42,418 nucleotides of DNA, taken from a virus. Both the position numbers and the translations under genes were made by a program. Location of the stretch: positions 1 to 42,418 of IMG/VR virus record IMGVR_UViG_3300026026_000070. One strand, written 5' to 3'. Positions 23,829 through 31,136 of this stretch are shown in pieces; position 1 is the stretch's first letter; every line of letters begins with the position of its first letter. Below the pieces are notes generated by a model. That model did not search any database. It worked only from the letters and a program-made list of their open reading frames with translations, and was not told where the DNA came from.

Positions 23829-24491
23829 CTACCGACGCCAGGGGGGAACTGGCGCGCCCGTCGGCGCTGTGGGAACGGCAACAGGCCCCTGTGGCGCCCA
23901 GGGTGGCGACTGGGCAGGCCAGGGTGGCGACTGGGCAGGCGCCTGCTGCGTCGGTTGCTGCGCAAAAACAGCAGGTCCCTGAACAGAGGGAACAAACGCT
24001 CCACCTTGCGGATTGGGCGGCGGCACAGGCATTGCAGGCAGCGCGGGATTTTGGCCAAAGGGCGCTGCAGTCGGCGCTGTGTTGGCGGTGCTATCCTGCA
24101 CGTGCTTGACAGCTTTGATCACATTGCGAGGCTCGTAGCCTGCATCAGACTTTGTCCCGATCTTCGCCTTGACCGGAATGCCGTGCAATTGCGTGCTGTC
24201 GTTGAGCACAAGCACGCCAGTCGCGTGGCAGTACGCTGACAGCTGACGTTGGGCGATCTCGCTTGCCTGCACACTCTTATTCCACAGATTCAAGTTGTCG
24301 AACACCTTGCGGCCCTTGTGCTCACCGTCGATCACTTCTAACTCGAAGGACAGATAGCCGGATTCGTTGTCCTTCGTGGGCTTTGCCTCGCTGTTGCGAA
24401 TGGCCAGTATATACCAGCCGTCGGGCAATGGATCAAAAGCCTCTTGCGGCTTTACAGTGTTGGCGTCGAATGGTTGCGAAAACAGTTGCAT
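23829..24491 (-). CDS. DUF669-type SSB-like protein with a Pro-rich C-terminal tail
   Basis: The N-terminal pattern (FDPLPDGWY...SGYLSFELEVIDGEHKGRKVF) resembles DUF669. It sits next to a Sak4-like ATPase, which is the usual arrangement. Confidence 0.65.
   Translation of the reverse strand: MQLFSQPFDANTVKPQEAFDPLPDGWYILAIRNSEAKPTKDNESGYLSFELEVIDGEHKGRKVFDNLNLWNKSVQASEIAQRQLSAYCHATGVLVLNDSTQLHGIPVKAKIGTKSDAGYEPRNVIKAVKHVQDSTANTAPTAAPFGQNPALPAMPVPPPNPQGGAFVPSVQGPAVFAQQPTQQAPAQSPPWPAQSPPWAPQGPVAVPTAPTGAPVPPWRR
23898..23939. repeat. Perfect 21-bp tandem duplication (two copies) inside the DUF669 gene
   Basis: CCAGGGTGGCGACTGGGCAGG occurs twice in tandem and encodes PAQSPPW twice. Confidence 0.9.
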
Positions 24492-24493
24492 TG

Positions 24494-25171
24494 CTAGATT
24501 CCTCCTGTGATTTTGTTGATGATTGCGGATAGGTTCGGTTGTTCGAAGGGGTCGAGTCTGCCAGATCTGTCTTTGCCTTCGTACTGAAAATCAGCTTGCG
24601 TAGCCACTACGTGCTGTTTTTGCCCTTGTTGATTGCGGGCAACAAATAGCCGAAACACTTCGTCAAACAGGTAAGGAAGCTGCTGACCGAGTTTTTGCCC
24701 TGGCATCATAGGTTGAAAGCGCATGCCTCCTGTAGCTTCGTCTTTCGCCCACTCCTCCTTTGCAGTGATGTATACGTGCTTGCCGGCAAGGTCGCGGAAG
24801 GCACGTAGTAATTGCATCATTTGGTCAAGCATTTCCCCGTAAGCCTTGCGCGGATCTTTGTTGGTTGTCTTGAGTGCTTGCAAGAATACTTCTGCTAGCT
24901 CAGTTGAGGAGTCCACGCAGATTGTAGCAAACTGCCGTGCTTCCGCAGAGTCTGATACCCATCTCCACATCTCGCCCAGCTCGCCAATTGTGGATACAGC
25001 GGCACCGGGAATTTTATACCGTGCGAGTGACAGTAGTCCTGCCTCTGCGGATACGACAAATGGGCTAGGTGCTGTTGCGCACAAGGTTGTCTTGCCCGTG
25101 CCTGCAGTGCCGTAGCACAGTAGTTTAACGCCATTGCGGACTACTTGATCTGTTGTGAGCCACTTGATCAT
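24494..25171 (-). CDS. Sak4-like (AAA_24) recombination ATPase
   Basis: Walker A is CYGTAGTGKTT. The protein is 225 aa and starts in an ATGA overlap with the upstream gene. Confidence 0.75.
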   Translation of the reverse strand: MIKWLTTDQVVRNGVKLLCYGTAGTGKTTLCATAPSPFVVSAEAGLLSLARYKIPGAAVSTIGELGEMWRWVSDSAEARQFATICVDSSTELAEVFLQALKTTNKDPRKAYGEMLDQMMQLLRAFRDLAGKHVYITAKEEWAKDEATGGMRFQPMMPGQKLGQQLPYLFDEVFRLFVARNQQGQKQHVVATQADFQYEGKDRSGRLDPFEQPNLSAIINKITGGI

Positions 25172-25440
25172 AGGCCGTCCTTGTCGGTTCTCGGCACAGC
25201 GGCGATTTCTGCGCGCAACTGCGACAATGACTGTGCCGACAGGTCCACTATTTTGCGCAAAAGCAACGTGAGCGCAGGATCTGCGCGCAAGTCGTCAACT
25301 GCTTTTGTCCATGCGCGCGCAAGGTCACAGCGCGCGCGGCAAGTCGCTGCCCTCACTATTGCTTCATTCGCTGCAATTTGGGCAGCTTCGACATGCATCT
25401 GTGCTAGTTGTGCGATCTTTCGCGCAATATCGTCAGGCAT
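25168..25440 (-). CDS. Hypothetical helical protein (90 aa)
   Basis: The internal ATG (MPDDIARK...) lies 2 nt after the upstream stop. The longer track ORF would overlap the upstream gene. Confidence 0.5.
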   Translation of the reverse strand: MPDDIARKIAQLAQMHVEAAQIAANEAIVRAATCRARCDLARAWTKAVDDLRADPALTLLLRKIVDLSAQSLSQLRAEIAAVPRTDKDGL

Positions 25441-25442
25441 GG

Positions 25443-25856
25443 CTAGTCTTCCTTTGGCGGAACAAGTTCGACTGCTGGCGCGCCTGGCGTTGTGGTTAAG
25501 CACGTGTCCAGCAGTGCGCGTGCTTCCGCTGTCAGTTCGCGGTAGGCGTCTGTATTGAGTCCAGGCTTCCATTCAATCACGCTATCGAGTGACACGCGTA
25601 GTGCTGCAAGCGGCGCGCGCAAGGACTCGACTACGCGCGCGTCCACCTTTCGGACATAGGGGGTCTTGTATTTGAGTTGCCAGCCATCGGGCAACTCCGC
25701 TTTGTGCGTGCCTTCGGCCGTGTCAAGGTGTAGCATGCCGAATAGGTTTGCGCGCAGTGCTTGCTCATGCGCGATTAGCTTCTTGGCCTTCTCGGCTGCT
25801 CGTGCTGCTTGGTACCAAGATGCAAGCGCGTCCTTTTGTGCTGGGGTGAGATCCAT
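25443..25856 (-). CDS. Hypothetical protein (137 aa), first gene of the leftward operon
   Basis: The ATG at 25856 (MDLTPAQKDAL...) has AGGA 9 nt upstream. Confidence 0.55.
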   Translation of the reverse strand: MDLTPAQKDALASWYQAARAAEKAKKLIAHEQALRANLFGMLHLDTAEGTHKAELPDGWQLKYKTPYVRKVDARVVESLRAPLAALRVSLDSVIEWKPGLNTDAYRELTAEARALLDTCLTTTPGAPAVELVPPKED

Positions 25857-25893
25857 CGTCGAGATCCTTTGCTGGGGTTGAGGGTCAGCGACG

Positions 25894-25922
25894 ATTCCAG
25901 CACGATTCGAATTACGTGTCAA
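25894..25922 (-). promoter_or_regulatory. Leftward early promoter candidate
   Basis: On the minus strand a perfect TTGACA (25922..25917) is followed by a 17-nt spacer and then TGGAAT (25899..25894). Confidence 0.5.
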
Positions 25923-25934
25923 GAAGATTCTCCA

Positions 25935-25948
25935 TGGAATATATTCCA
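25935..25948. promoter_or_regulatory. Perfect 14-bp palindrome TGGAATATATTCCA (operator candidate)
   Basis: It reads the same on both strands. It lies between the divergent operons, 13 nt upstream of the leftward -35, and overlaps a plus-strand TATATT hexamer. Confidence 0.5.
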
Positions 25949-25968
25949 CTTGCTTTTTTCCGTCGGAC

Positions 25969-26214
25969 GTGACGATACTTCGTGGCATGCCTCGAGGCAA
26001 GGATCTGACTCCCATCGGAAGTCTCCACAGTGTCACGCGCGAGCTATTGTGTGAGTGCGGGGAGACACCATTTGACGTTGCAGTCGCGACGGGTTTGTCG
26101 CATTCGTGGCTAGTAGCCTTTCGCTACGATCGCATGCATAGCCCTAGCGTTTCCAAAGTGCAGTTGCTCTATGAGTACCTAACAGGCAAGCCACTTTTGC
26201 GCGTAGTGAGGTAA
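25969..26214 (+). CDS. XRE/Cro-like helix-turn-helix regulator
   Basis: The HTH-like text is TPFDVAVATGLSHSWLVAFRYDR, followed by PSVSKVQLLYEYLTGKPL. The start is uncertain (GTG at 25969 or ATG at 25987) and neither has a clear SD. Confidence 0.6.
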   Translation: MTILRGMPRGKDLTPIGSLHSVTRELLCECGETPFDVAVATGLSHSWLVAFRYDRMHSPSVSKVQLLYEYLTGKPLLRVVR

Positions 26215-26219
26215 TAATT

Positions 26220-28397
26220 ATGCGTCGTCGCATTCCCGCCGAATTGCGCGAACGTGCACAGTGGGTATGTTGCTATCCAGGTCCCGAGAAAATACCCATC
26301 GACGCACGCACGGGCAAGCACGCGAGTGTAACAGATCCGTCGACATGGAGTACGTTTGACACTGCAATTGCAACTGGCTTGTGGGTAGGTTACGTGCTCT
26401 CTGCAGACGATCCTTACACAATCATAGACCTAGACGCCAAGGGTGAGCTTACTCGCGAACAGCAGGACGTGCACGCACGCATTCTTTCTGCATTTGACAC
26501 CTACACAGAGCGTTCAATATCGGGCAAGGGCTACCATATTATTTGCCGTGGCTCGTTGCCTGACGCTGTAAAGCGCGACGGCGTTGAGATATACACGCAC
26601 AGTCGCTACATGCTATGCACCGGCGACGTTGCTCGTGATCGACCCATTTCTGATTGTCAGCTGTTGCTTTCTCAGCTAGCTGGCGAAATGCGTCCGCGTC
26701 CAGTTGTTGACTTCCAAGAGCGGCCTGACATTGCAAATGATGATGACATCTGGCGAATGGCTGCAACTGCTGCCAACGCTGACAAGTTCATTGGCCTTTG
26801 CGAGGGTGATTGGGAGGCACTTGGCTACCCTAGCCAGTCGGAGGCAGATATGGCCCTCCTGTCGATCTTCGCCTTCTACAGCAAGAGCGATGCACAGTGC
26901 CGACGTATGTTCCGGCATACAGCACTAGGGCAGCGTGCGAAGGCAGCCAAGCGCGACGACTATCTAGATCGCAGTCTTGCAGCAGTACGCAGGACTGAGC
27001 TACCAACTATTGACGTATCAGTGCTCACGAGTCCGCTAAACGGTTCCTCTGCTGTCAACAAGACAACTGCCTTTGCACGTCCGCCTGGTCTAGTTGGCGA
27101 AGTTGCAGATTACATCTATAGCACTGCAATTAGACCCGTGCCTGAGATTGCCTTAGCGGGCGCTATTGCCTTCGTTGCTGGCATCGCAGGCCGCTGCTAC
27201 AACATTTCAGGCACAGGACTCAATCAGTATCTGATTGTGCTTGCACCAACAGGCACCGGCAAGGACGGCGCTATAGCAGGCATAGAGCGCCTTACATCTG
27301 CCGTTCGCCAGCAAGTGCCCTCTGTGGACAGCTTCATTGGGCCGGCGTCCTTTGCCTCGGGACAAGGGCTTGTGCGCATCCTCGATGAGAAGCCTTGCTT
27401 TCTCAGCTTGCTAGGTGAATTCGGGCTCACGCTACAGCAAATTTGTGATCCACGCGCGAGTCCTGCACAGGTGATGCTTCGCCGTGCATTGCTCGACTTA
27501 TATAATCGCAGTGGGTGGACAGCACTCTTACGCAGCTCAGTCTACAGCGACAAGGATAAGAACACCAAGACGATACAGGCTCCAGCTGTCACCATTCTTG
27601 GTGAATCCACTCCCGAGACATTCTTCGACGGTCTTTCTTCGTCTCACATAGCAGAGGGTCTTATTCCACGCTTCTCAATCATTGAGTATACTGGGCCACG
27701 TCCGCCTCGCAATCTCCACATGGATGTGTGTCCCCCTAAGCCTATTGTTGATGCTCTAGTGGCGCTTGCTGCTGTAGCGTTGGGCAGTCAACAGAACAAG
27801 ACGTGCACGCAAATACAGATTGCCGACTCCGAAGCTGCTGCACTACTCGATGCTTTCGACACCAAGGCGGACGCCGCAATCAATGCTACAGGTGCTGACA
27901 CTGACAAGCAGCTTTGGAATCGTGCACACTTGAAAGCACTCAAGCTATCTGCACTGCTAGCTGTTGGCGAGAATGTGTACCATCCGCAGATTCAGCATCA
28001 TCATGCAGAGTGGGCTATTGAATTTGTCGAACGCGACGTAAACGGAATGCTTGACCACTATGCTAATGGCACTGTTGGCTACGGTGACCACAGGCTCTCA
28101 CATGAAATAAGGGAAGCCTTCGCCGCATACCTTGCGCTATCGTCTAAGCAGCGTGCAGTTACGTACAAGGTGCCTACACACTTGCAGGATAAGCCCATCG
28201 CGCCCTACTCTTATTTCGTTCGTCGCTTGCAGCGCAAGGCTTGCTTTCAGCAAGATAGAAGAGGAGCAACCAAAGCTCTTACTGATACGCTTAGCAGCCT
28301 CGTTTCACAAGGTGCACTTATCCTCATTCCGCAACAGCAAGCAGTGCAACAGTTTGGCTCAAATGTGCCGCTATACTGTGCCGGGCAAGGATGGTAA
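26220..28397 (+). CDS. AEP primase-polymerase fused to a DUF3987-type NTPase
   Basis: N-terminal prim-pol motifs are IIDLD and SGKGYHI. Walker A in the C-terminal half is LAPTGTGKD. SD GAGGT lies upstream of the ATG. Confidence 0.8.
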   Translation: MRRRIPAELRERAQWVCCYPGPEKIPIDARTGKHASVTDPSTWSTFDTAIATGLWVGYVLSADDPYTIIDLDAKGELTREQQDVHARILSAFDTYTERSISGKGYHIICRGSLPDAVKRDGVEIYTHSRYMLCTGDVARDRPISDCQLLLSQLAGEMRPRPVVDFQERPDIANDDDIWRMAATAANADKFIGLCEGDWEALGYPSQSEADMALLSIFAFYSKSDAQCRRMFRHTALGQRAKAAKRDDYLDRSLAAVRRTELPTIDVSVLTSPLNGSSAVNKTTAFARPPGLVGEVADYIYSTAIRPVPEIALAGAIAFVAGIAGRCYNISGTGLNQYLIVLAPTGTGKDGAIAGIERLTSAVRQQVPSVDSFIGPASFASGQGLVRILDEKPCFLSLLGEFGLTLQQICDPRASPAQVMLRRALLDLYNRSGWTALLRSSVYSDKDKNTKTIQAPAVTILGESTPETFFDGLSSSHIAEGLIPRFSIIEYTGPRPPRNLHMDVCPPKPIVDALVALAAVALGSQQNKTCTQIQIADSEAAALLDAFDTKADAAINATGADTDKQLWNRAHLKALKLSALLAVGENVYHPQIQHHHAEWAIEFVERDVNGMLDHYANGTVGYGDHRLSHEIREAFAAYLALSSKQRAVTYKVPTHLQDKPIAPYSYFVRRLQRKACFQQDRRGATKALTDTLSSLVSQGALILIPQQQAVQQFGSNVPLYCAGQGW

Positions 28398-28408
28398 ATA
28401 GCACTACT

Positions 28409-28685
28409 ATGTAGGGGTTAATGTAGGGGTTGGACAATATTTATGAGCAAGTCTTTGAAATCATTGGTACTCTTGGGCCTTCGGTTGAGGGGTGCGAAAC
28501 CAGGGGGGGGGTCAAAGGTTGAGTCTCTGAGGAAATTTTCCAACCCCTCAATAGTCGACCACAAATGCAACTCAATTGCTTACATTTGATACTTATATAT
28601 ATAAATATACTACTATATATCATATATATAGGGGTTAATATAGGGGTTTATGTAGGGGTTTAAGTCAAAAGTAGTCAACCCCTGC
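28409..28685. repeat. Origin-like region: eight copies of an AGGGGT-core iteron around an AT-rich tract
   Basis: Forward copies are ATGTAGGGGTT at 28409..28419, 28421..28431 and 28650..28660, ATATAGGGGTT at 28626..28636 and 28638..28648, and TTGAGGGGT at 28485..28493. Inverted cores ACCCCT lie at 28543..28548 and 28678..28683. The AT-rich tract spans about 28585..28630. Confidence 0.65.
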
Positions 28686-28713
28686 ATAGTAGGAGCTAAG
28701 CAAGCTAAGTACA

Positions 28714-28980
28714 ATGGAGTGCAATGCAATGAACAAAGCACAGCAACAACGATTGAGCAACGACAAAGCAGAGCTATTACTGCGCCCACTGCACGCACGA
28801 CATATTATGTGCAATTGCGGAGACGCAGGTCAAATGCGAGAAGTGCTTGCAGAACGAGTGCGCTATCTAAGCACAGTGCTAAAGCATACAATGATGTATG
28901 CAAACAAGTGCTTGAACTGCGGCAAGCGTTGGCCGACTATCAAGCAGTGTGGACAACAAGAAAGGCGAAGGGCAATATGA
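28714..28980 (+). CDS. Cys-containing small protein (88 aa, or 83 aa from the ATG at 28729)
   Basis: Its stop forms an ATGA overlap with the next gene, which supports this frame over the overlapping 209-aa ORF. The protein contains CNCG...CLNCG. Confidence 0.5.
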   Translation: MECNAMNKAQQQRLSNDKAELLLRPLHARHIMCNCGDAGQMREVLAERVRYLSTVLKHTMMYANKCLNCGKRWPTIKQCGQQERRRAI

Positions 28981-29348
28981 GCGATCAAACGTATGTGAGT
29001 GACAAGGTATTGTGCAAGCTGTGCACCTGCGAAGGTGTCAAAGGAACGTTACTGTGCAATGAGCACCTAGAAGGCTACACCTACGCGTGCAGGTTATTGC
29101 ACCAAACAGGGCACAAAGCACTTGCAGGCTTGCTCGAAATAGCGATCAAGCGTGAGCCGTGTAAAGTCGAGCCTACTACTCTGTGTAACAACGTGTTTGG
29201 TTCGCCAGCTTGCGGAGTATCACTAACAGCATTGCTGGCAGATGCTACGTGCAGCAAGACTGAGGCGGCGTGCAAGTCATACGATAACTTCCACAACTTC
29301 AATCGTGGTCCCGTGTATGCGATGCTTGCAAAGCGAAAGGATCTGTAA
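28977..29348 (+). CDS. Cys-rich protein (123 aa)
   Basis: The start is an internal ATG of the 209-aa track ORF, at an ATGA junction. The N-terminus is MSDQTYVSDKVLCKLCTCEG... Confidence 0.5.
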   Translation: MSDQTYVSDKVLCKLCTCEGVKGTLLCNEHLEGYTYACRLLHQTGHKALAGLLEIAIKREPCKVEPTTLCNNVFGSPACGVSLTALLADATCSKTEAACKSYDNFHNFNRGPVYAMLAKRKDL

Positions 29349-29761
29349 TGGGCGCAATGGCACGAAGCAAAGGGGCTCGCGGGGAACGCGAGATCATCGA
29401 CTTGCTACAACCTATTGTCAATGCCGCTTACACTGCTGTTAACAAGCAACCACCGCAGCTCAAGCGTACATCTAGCATGCAGGCCGATGGGGGTGGCTGC
29501 GACGTGCACGGGCTGGATTGGCTAGCGATGGAGGTCAAGCGCTGCGAAACGCTGCATGTGGAAGTGTGGTGGCAACAGTGCGTGTCGCAAGCGAAGCCTG
29601 GGCAGCTGCCGGTGCTGGTCTATCGTCAGAACAAGCGACAGTGGCGAGTGCGACTTTATGTCGCGCTTTCTGTGCCGCGTATATGTGTGCTAGCAGAGTT
29701 GTCTATTGACGACTTTCTAGTCTACTTTGCGCGTGCACTTAGCTTGTCACTTAGACAGTAA
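29348..29761 (+). CDS. PD-(D/E)xK nuclease, Holliday-junction-resolvase-like (Hjc-type)
   Basis: The N-terminal SKGARGEREIIDLL is followed by CDVHG and then MEVK, giving a D...E-x-K arrangement. It starts in a TAATG overlap. Confidence 0.5.
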   Translation: MGAMARSKGARGEREIIDLLQPIVNAAYTAVNKQPPQLKRTSSMQADGGGCDVHGLDWLAMEVKRCETLHVEVWWQQCVSQAKPGQLPVLVYRQNKRQWRVRLYVALSVPRICVLAELSIDDFLVYFARALSLSLRQ

Positions 29762-29762
29762 C

Positions 29763-29957
29763 ATGAGCACAATTAATTATCGTCGCGGAGCACGTGTTCC
29801 GTTGTTTCTCGACACGGGAACTTGGGTAGCGTGGCTCGCATTCCGTCGCATAGTGCGGACTTGCGGCGATAGGACACATAGCGTGATCACACACAAGTTG
29901 CAGCGGCTAGTGTCTGTCGAGTCTGTTACTCGCAATGTGAAACGAATTCCGAAATGA
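29763..29957 (+). CDS. Hypothetical protein (64 aa)
   Basis: The ATG lies 2 nt after the upstream stop. The track ORF begins earlier, at 29727. Confidence 0.4.
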   Translation: MSTINYRRGARVPLFLDTGTWVAWLAFRRIVRTCGDRTHSVITHKLQRLVSVESVTRNVKRIPK

Positions 29958-29961
29958 AGGA

Positions 29962-29983
29962 GTAAGCACAATGTGTATTGCAA
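29962..29983. repeat. 22-bp repeat spanning a translation initiation region (copy 1)
   Basis: GTAAGCACAATGTGTATTGCAA is identical to 30318..30339. Confidence 0.9.
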
Positions 29984-30321
29984 TCAAAGAATGGAACGAT
30001 AGTACGTCAGTGAAAGAGATAGTTGCGCTGAGTGCGCAGTCAACTGCACGCATTGTGGTTGTTGTGCGAGAATGGCATATTTGGCTTTCATTGGCTTATT
30101 CAATTTGTACGCTGTCTAGAGATAGCGTGATTTGCCGTGTGCCGTGTAGCGTGCGTTTTGCCAATGGTGCTTACGTGCGCTTTACTATTGTGCGCAATGT
30201 ATGCGCCTGCCAGTTGCGAGGCGAAAGGCTAGACGCTGCGTATCTTGTGGATAGCTTTGCATGGTCGTTGATTGAGCAAGATACTGTTAGATGCGAGATT
30301 GCACCGCTGATTGGGAGGTAA
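29971..30321 (+). CDS. Hypothetical Cys-rich protein (116 aa, N-terminus MCIA)
   Basis: SD AAGGAG lies upstream. The ATG sits inside the 22-bp repeat. Confidence 0.5.
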   Translation: MCIAIKEWNDSTSVKEIVALSAQSTARIVVVVREWHIWLSLAYSICTLSRDSVICRVPCSVRFANGAYVRFTIVRNVCACQLRGERLDAAYLVDSFAWSLIEQDTVRCEIAPLIGR

Positions 30322-30339
30322 GCACAATGTGTATTGCAA
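30318..30339. repeat. 22-bp repeat spanning a translation initiation region (copy 2)
   Basis: It is identical to 29962..29983. It contains both the stop of the upstream gene and the ATG of the next gene. Confidence 0.9.
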
Positions 30340-30539
30340 ACAAGACAGTTGAATTGTACTCAATTGCAGAGGCGCTACTCAAGCTCACACGGGAGCGCTC
30401 TAGTGCTCGTGCCAGGCTGGCCTTTGCGCGAGTAGTGCTAGCACAAGCAGAGCGTGAGGCGGTCGATGCCGAGGTGCTAGTTGTGCGCGCGGAACAACAG
30501 CAGCGCGTGATACTTGCACAGTCGGAGGTAGCGCCATGA
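30327..30539 (+). CDS. Hypothetical coiled-coil protein (70 aa, N-terminus MCIA)
   Basis: The ATG at 30327 has GGGAGG upstream. It ends in an ATGA overlap with the next gene. Confidence 0.5.
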   Translation: MCIANKTVELYSIAEALLKLTRERSSARARLAFARVVLAQAEREAVDAEVLVVRAEQQQRVILAQSEVAP

Positions 30540-30796
30540 GACCGATCAAGACACCGGCTTGCAACGCTGTACTTGGTGCGCCTGCTGGTTGGGATATTGC
30601 CTTGGGCAAGTGTGTACCCTTGCACGTGCACAGCGACGACAGTTTGCTATTGGTTTATTCATGGTGGGCACTCACTTGGCGCGAACGCATCAGCCTGCTA
30701 TTTGGCAAGTCAGTGCGTGTTTGTGTTGTAGGCTGCACAATGCCGCCAACAGCGTTAGACGTTGACAGTGCGCGCGAGGTGTCGTCGTGCGAGTGA
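30536..30796 (+). CDS. Hypothetical protein (86 aa)
   Basis: It starts in an ATGA overlap at 30536..30539. Confidence 0.5.
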   Translation: MRPIKTPACNAVLGAPAGWDIALGKCVPLHVHSDDSLLLVYSWWALTWRERISLLFGKSVRVCVVGCTMPPTALDVDSAREVSSCE

Positions 30797-31095
30797 CAAA
30801 CTATATTGTTACCAAGCAGAGTATACGCAAGTGTGCTGCTTGCGGCACTCCTGCCCTGAAGTACGCGCACTATTGCATAAAGTGTGGTAGGCGCTTGCCT
30901 CCTGCTGTCGATGGTAGGTACGTGCGCACGGCCAGTGCCAATCTACGCGCGTCCGCAGCTGACCGGCTGCTCGCGGGCATGCGTGACAAGCAGTGTGTCT
31001 GTGGACTGCGAGGGCCGCATGAGTGCACGCGCACGCGTGAGTGGCAAGCGGATTGTCTGGCTAGGCTAGCTGCTAAGCGCCGCCCAATTATCTAG
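30787..31095 (+). CDS. Zinc-ribbon protein (102 aa)
   Basis: The GTG start has GAGGT 6 nt upstream. The protein contains CAACG...CIKCG. Confidence 0.5.
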   Translation: MRVTNYIVTKQSIRKCAACGTPALKYAHYCIKCGRRLPPAVDGRYVRTASANLRASAADRLLAGMRDKQCVCGLRGPHECTRTREWQADCLARLAAKRRPII

Positions 31096-31136
31096 ATTTG
31101 ACAGTAGCGTCAGACTAGCCGTAGCCTAAGCGTTGT

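Noticed and set aside
28409-28660. Possibility that the AGGGGTT repeats form a CRISPR array
   Set aside because: The repeats are 11-12 bp and directly tandem, with no spacers. They occur in both orientations around an AT-rich tract, and no cas genes are present. They behave like iterons.
28441-28798. Minus-strand track ORFs 28441..28623 and 28613..28798
   Set aside because: They lie entirely within the iteron/AT-rich region. Their translations are dominated by repeat-derived text (YINPYINPYI), and they run antisense to the rightward arm.
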